Shown: one piece after another, positions 63,301 through 64,000 of the stretch | How the letters are laid out: the number at the start of each line of letters is the position of its first letter | Position numbering within the stretch: the stretch's first letter is position 1 | Source of the DNA: Dissostichus eleginoides | Lineage: Eukaryota | Direction of reading: 5' to 3' | NCBI GenBank assembly: GCA_031216635.1 | Contig: CM062274.1 | Span: 26,356,913-26,420,912 of the forward strand | Length of the DNA: 64,000 nt | Position numbers and translations under genes: made by a program | The notes under the pieces: generated by a model | Database searches by the model: none | The model's input: only the letters and a program-made list of their open reading frames with translations | Told to the model about the DNA's origin: nothing

Positions 63301-64000
63301 ATCTCGATGTAGGATGGACATGATCTATTCACAGCAGGGTAGGACAATTCCAGTATCTTTAAACCAGCCGGAACCATTATGTTTATGGCACTATTTAATG
63401 TATTTTATCAATTTGTTAAGTATCGTTTGCTGCATTTTTGGAAGAGCTTGAGACTCAAGATTTGTATTGCAAAAACTAATCTCTATCCATTGTGCATATG
63501 ACGAAAAAAACATTTGAATCTTCTAATCTTGTCTGTTCATAAACCTCCCCATGTTCTCCTACACTACAACCTCCTACGCTCCCTTCACTCCTCGAATCCA
63601 CTTCAAAACACCGGCCTATCCTGCTGTGAATGAATTTTGTTAATGCATTCAGTCATACCTTAAACTATTCATGCGCTCCGTAGGGTATGGGGACATCATA
63701 GTTTATTCTTGGAAGTATTTTGTTGTTGTGAAATTACGACATGTTTACAGATTCACAAGTGAAGACAGAAGGCAGGCAACTCTTCCAAAAAACAAGAATC
63801 TAAAGAAACCAAGCATGCCTGAGGAGTTAAAACTTAGATACACCAACAATCGCCGAAAGGATAAAAAGACTTTTTTTAGTAAGTATGTAGGAGGTTGTTT
63901 AAAGGAGGTATTCTCTGAAGATGAGGGAGTCATGAATAGCGAACAGCATTTCTTCTCTTAGCTCTCTATTCTGAATATGTACAGGGAAAGATGAGTAAGT

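Noticed and set aside
1-64000. Prokaryotic-type systems (operons, RBS-led gene arrays, CRISPR, defence islands)
   Set aside because: Sequence composition, microsatellites, telomeric hexamers, LINE/SINE content and intron-type splice signals show vertebrate nuclear DNA. There are no repeat-spacer arrays or dense co-oriented ORFs.

Overview
This window is eukaryotic, most plausibly teleost-fish, nuclear DNA, and it is dominated by interspersed repeats. I see no prokaryotic-style gene system, CRISPR array, rRNA gene or tRNA gene. The vertebrate assignment rests on interstitial (TTAGGG)n hexamers, many (CA)n and (GA)n microsatellites, a 5'-truncated L2/CR1-clade LINE reverse-transcriptase fragment, and several copies of a teleost LINE/SINE 3'-tail repeat that encodes a degenerate ...RLKTHLF peptide. 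At least three MITE-like DNA-transposon families have recognisable terminal inverted repeats (TIRs) and TTAA flanks. One insertion is triple-nested: an hAT-like element sits inside an L2 LINE, which sits inside a MITE. Separately, a 1.2-kb TTAA-flanked TIR element carries an intact-looking THAP zinc-finger first exon with a canonical splice donor. A roughly 4.1-kb foldback structure has about 650-bp inverted arms. There is also a 30-bp minisatellite and a short TIR element inserted inside a telomere-like (CCCTAA)n array. Host-gene evidence is weak and limited to candidate 5' exons at about 29.5 kb and 13.2 kb and the THAP exon. All element boundaries were read by eye and are approximate to a few bp.
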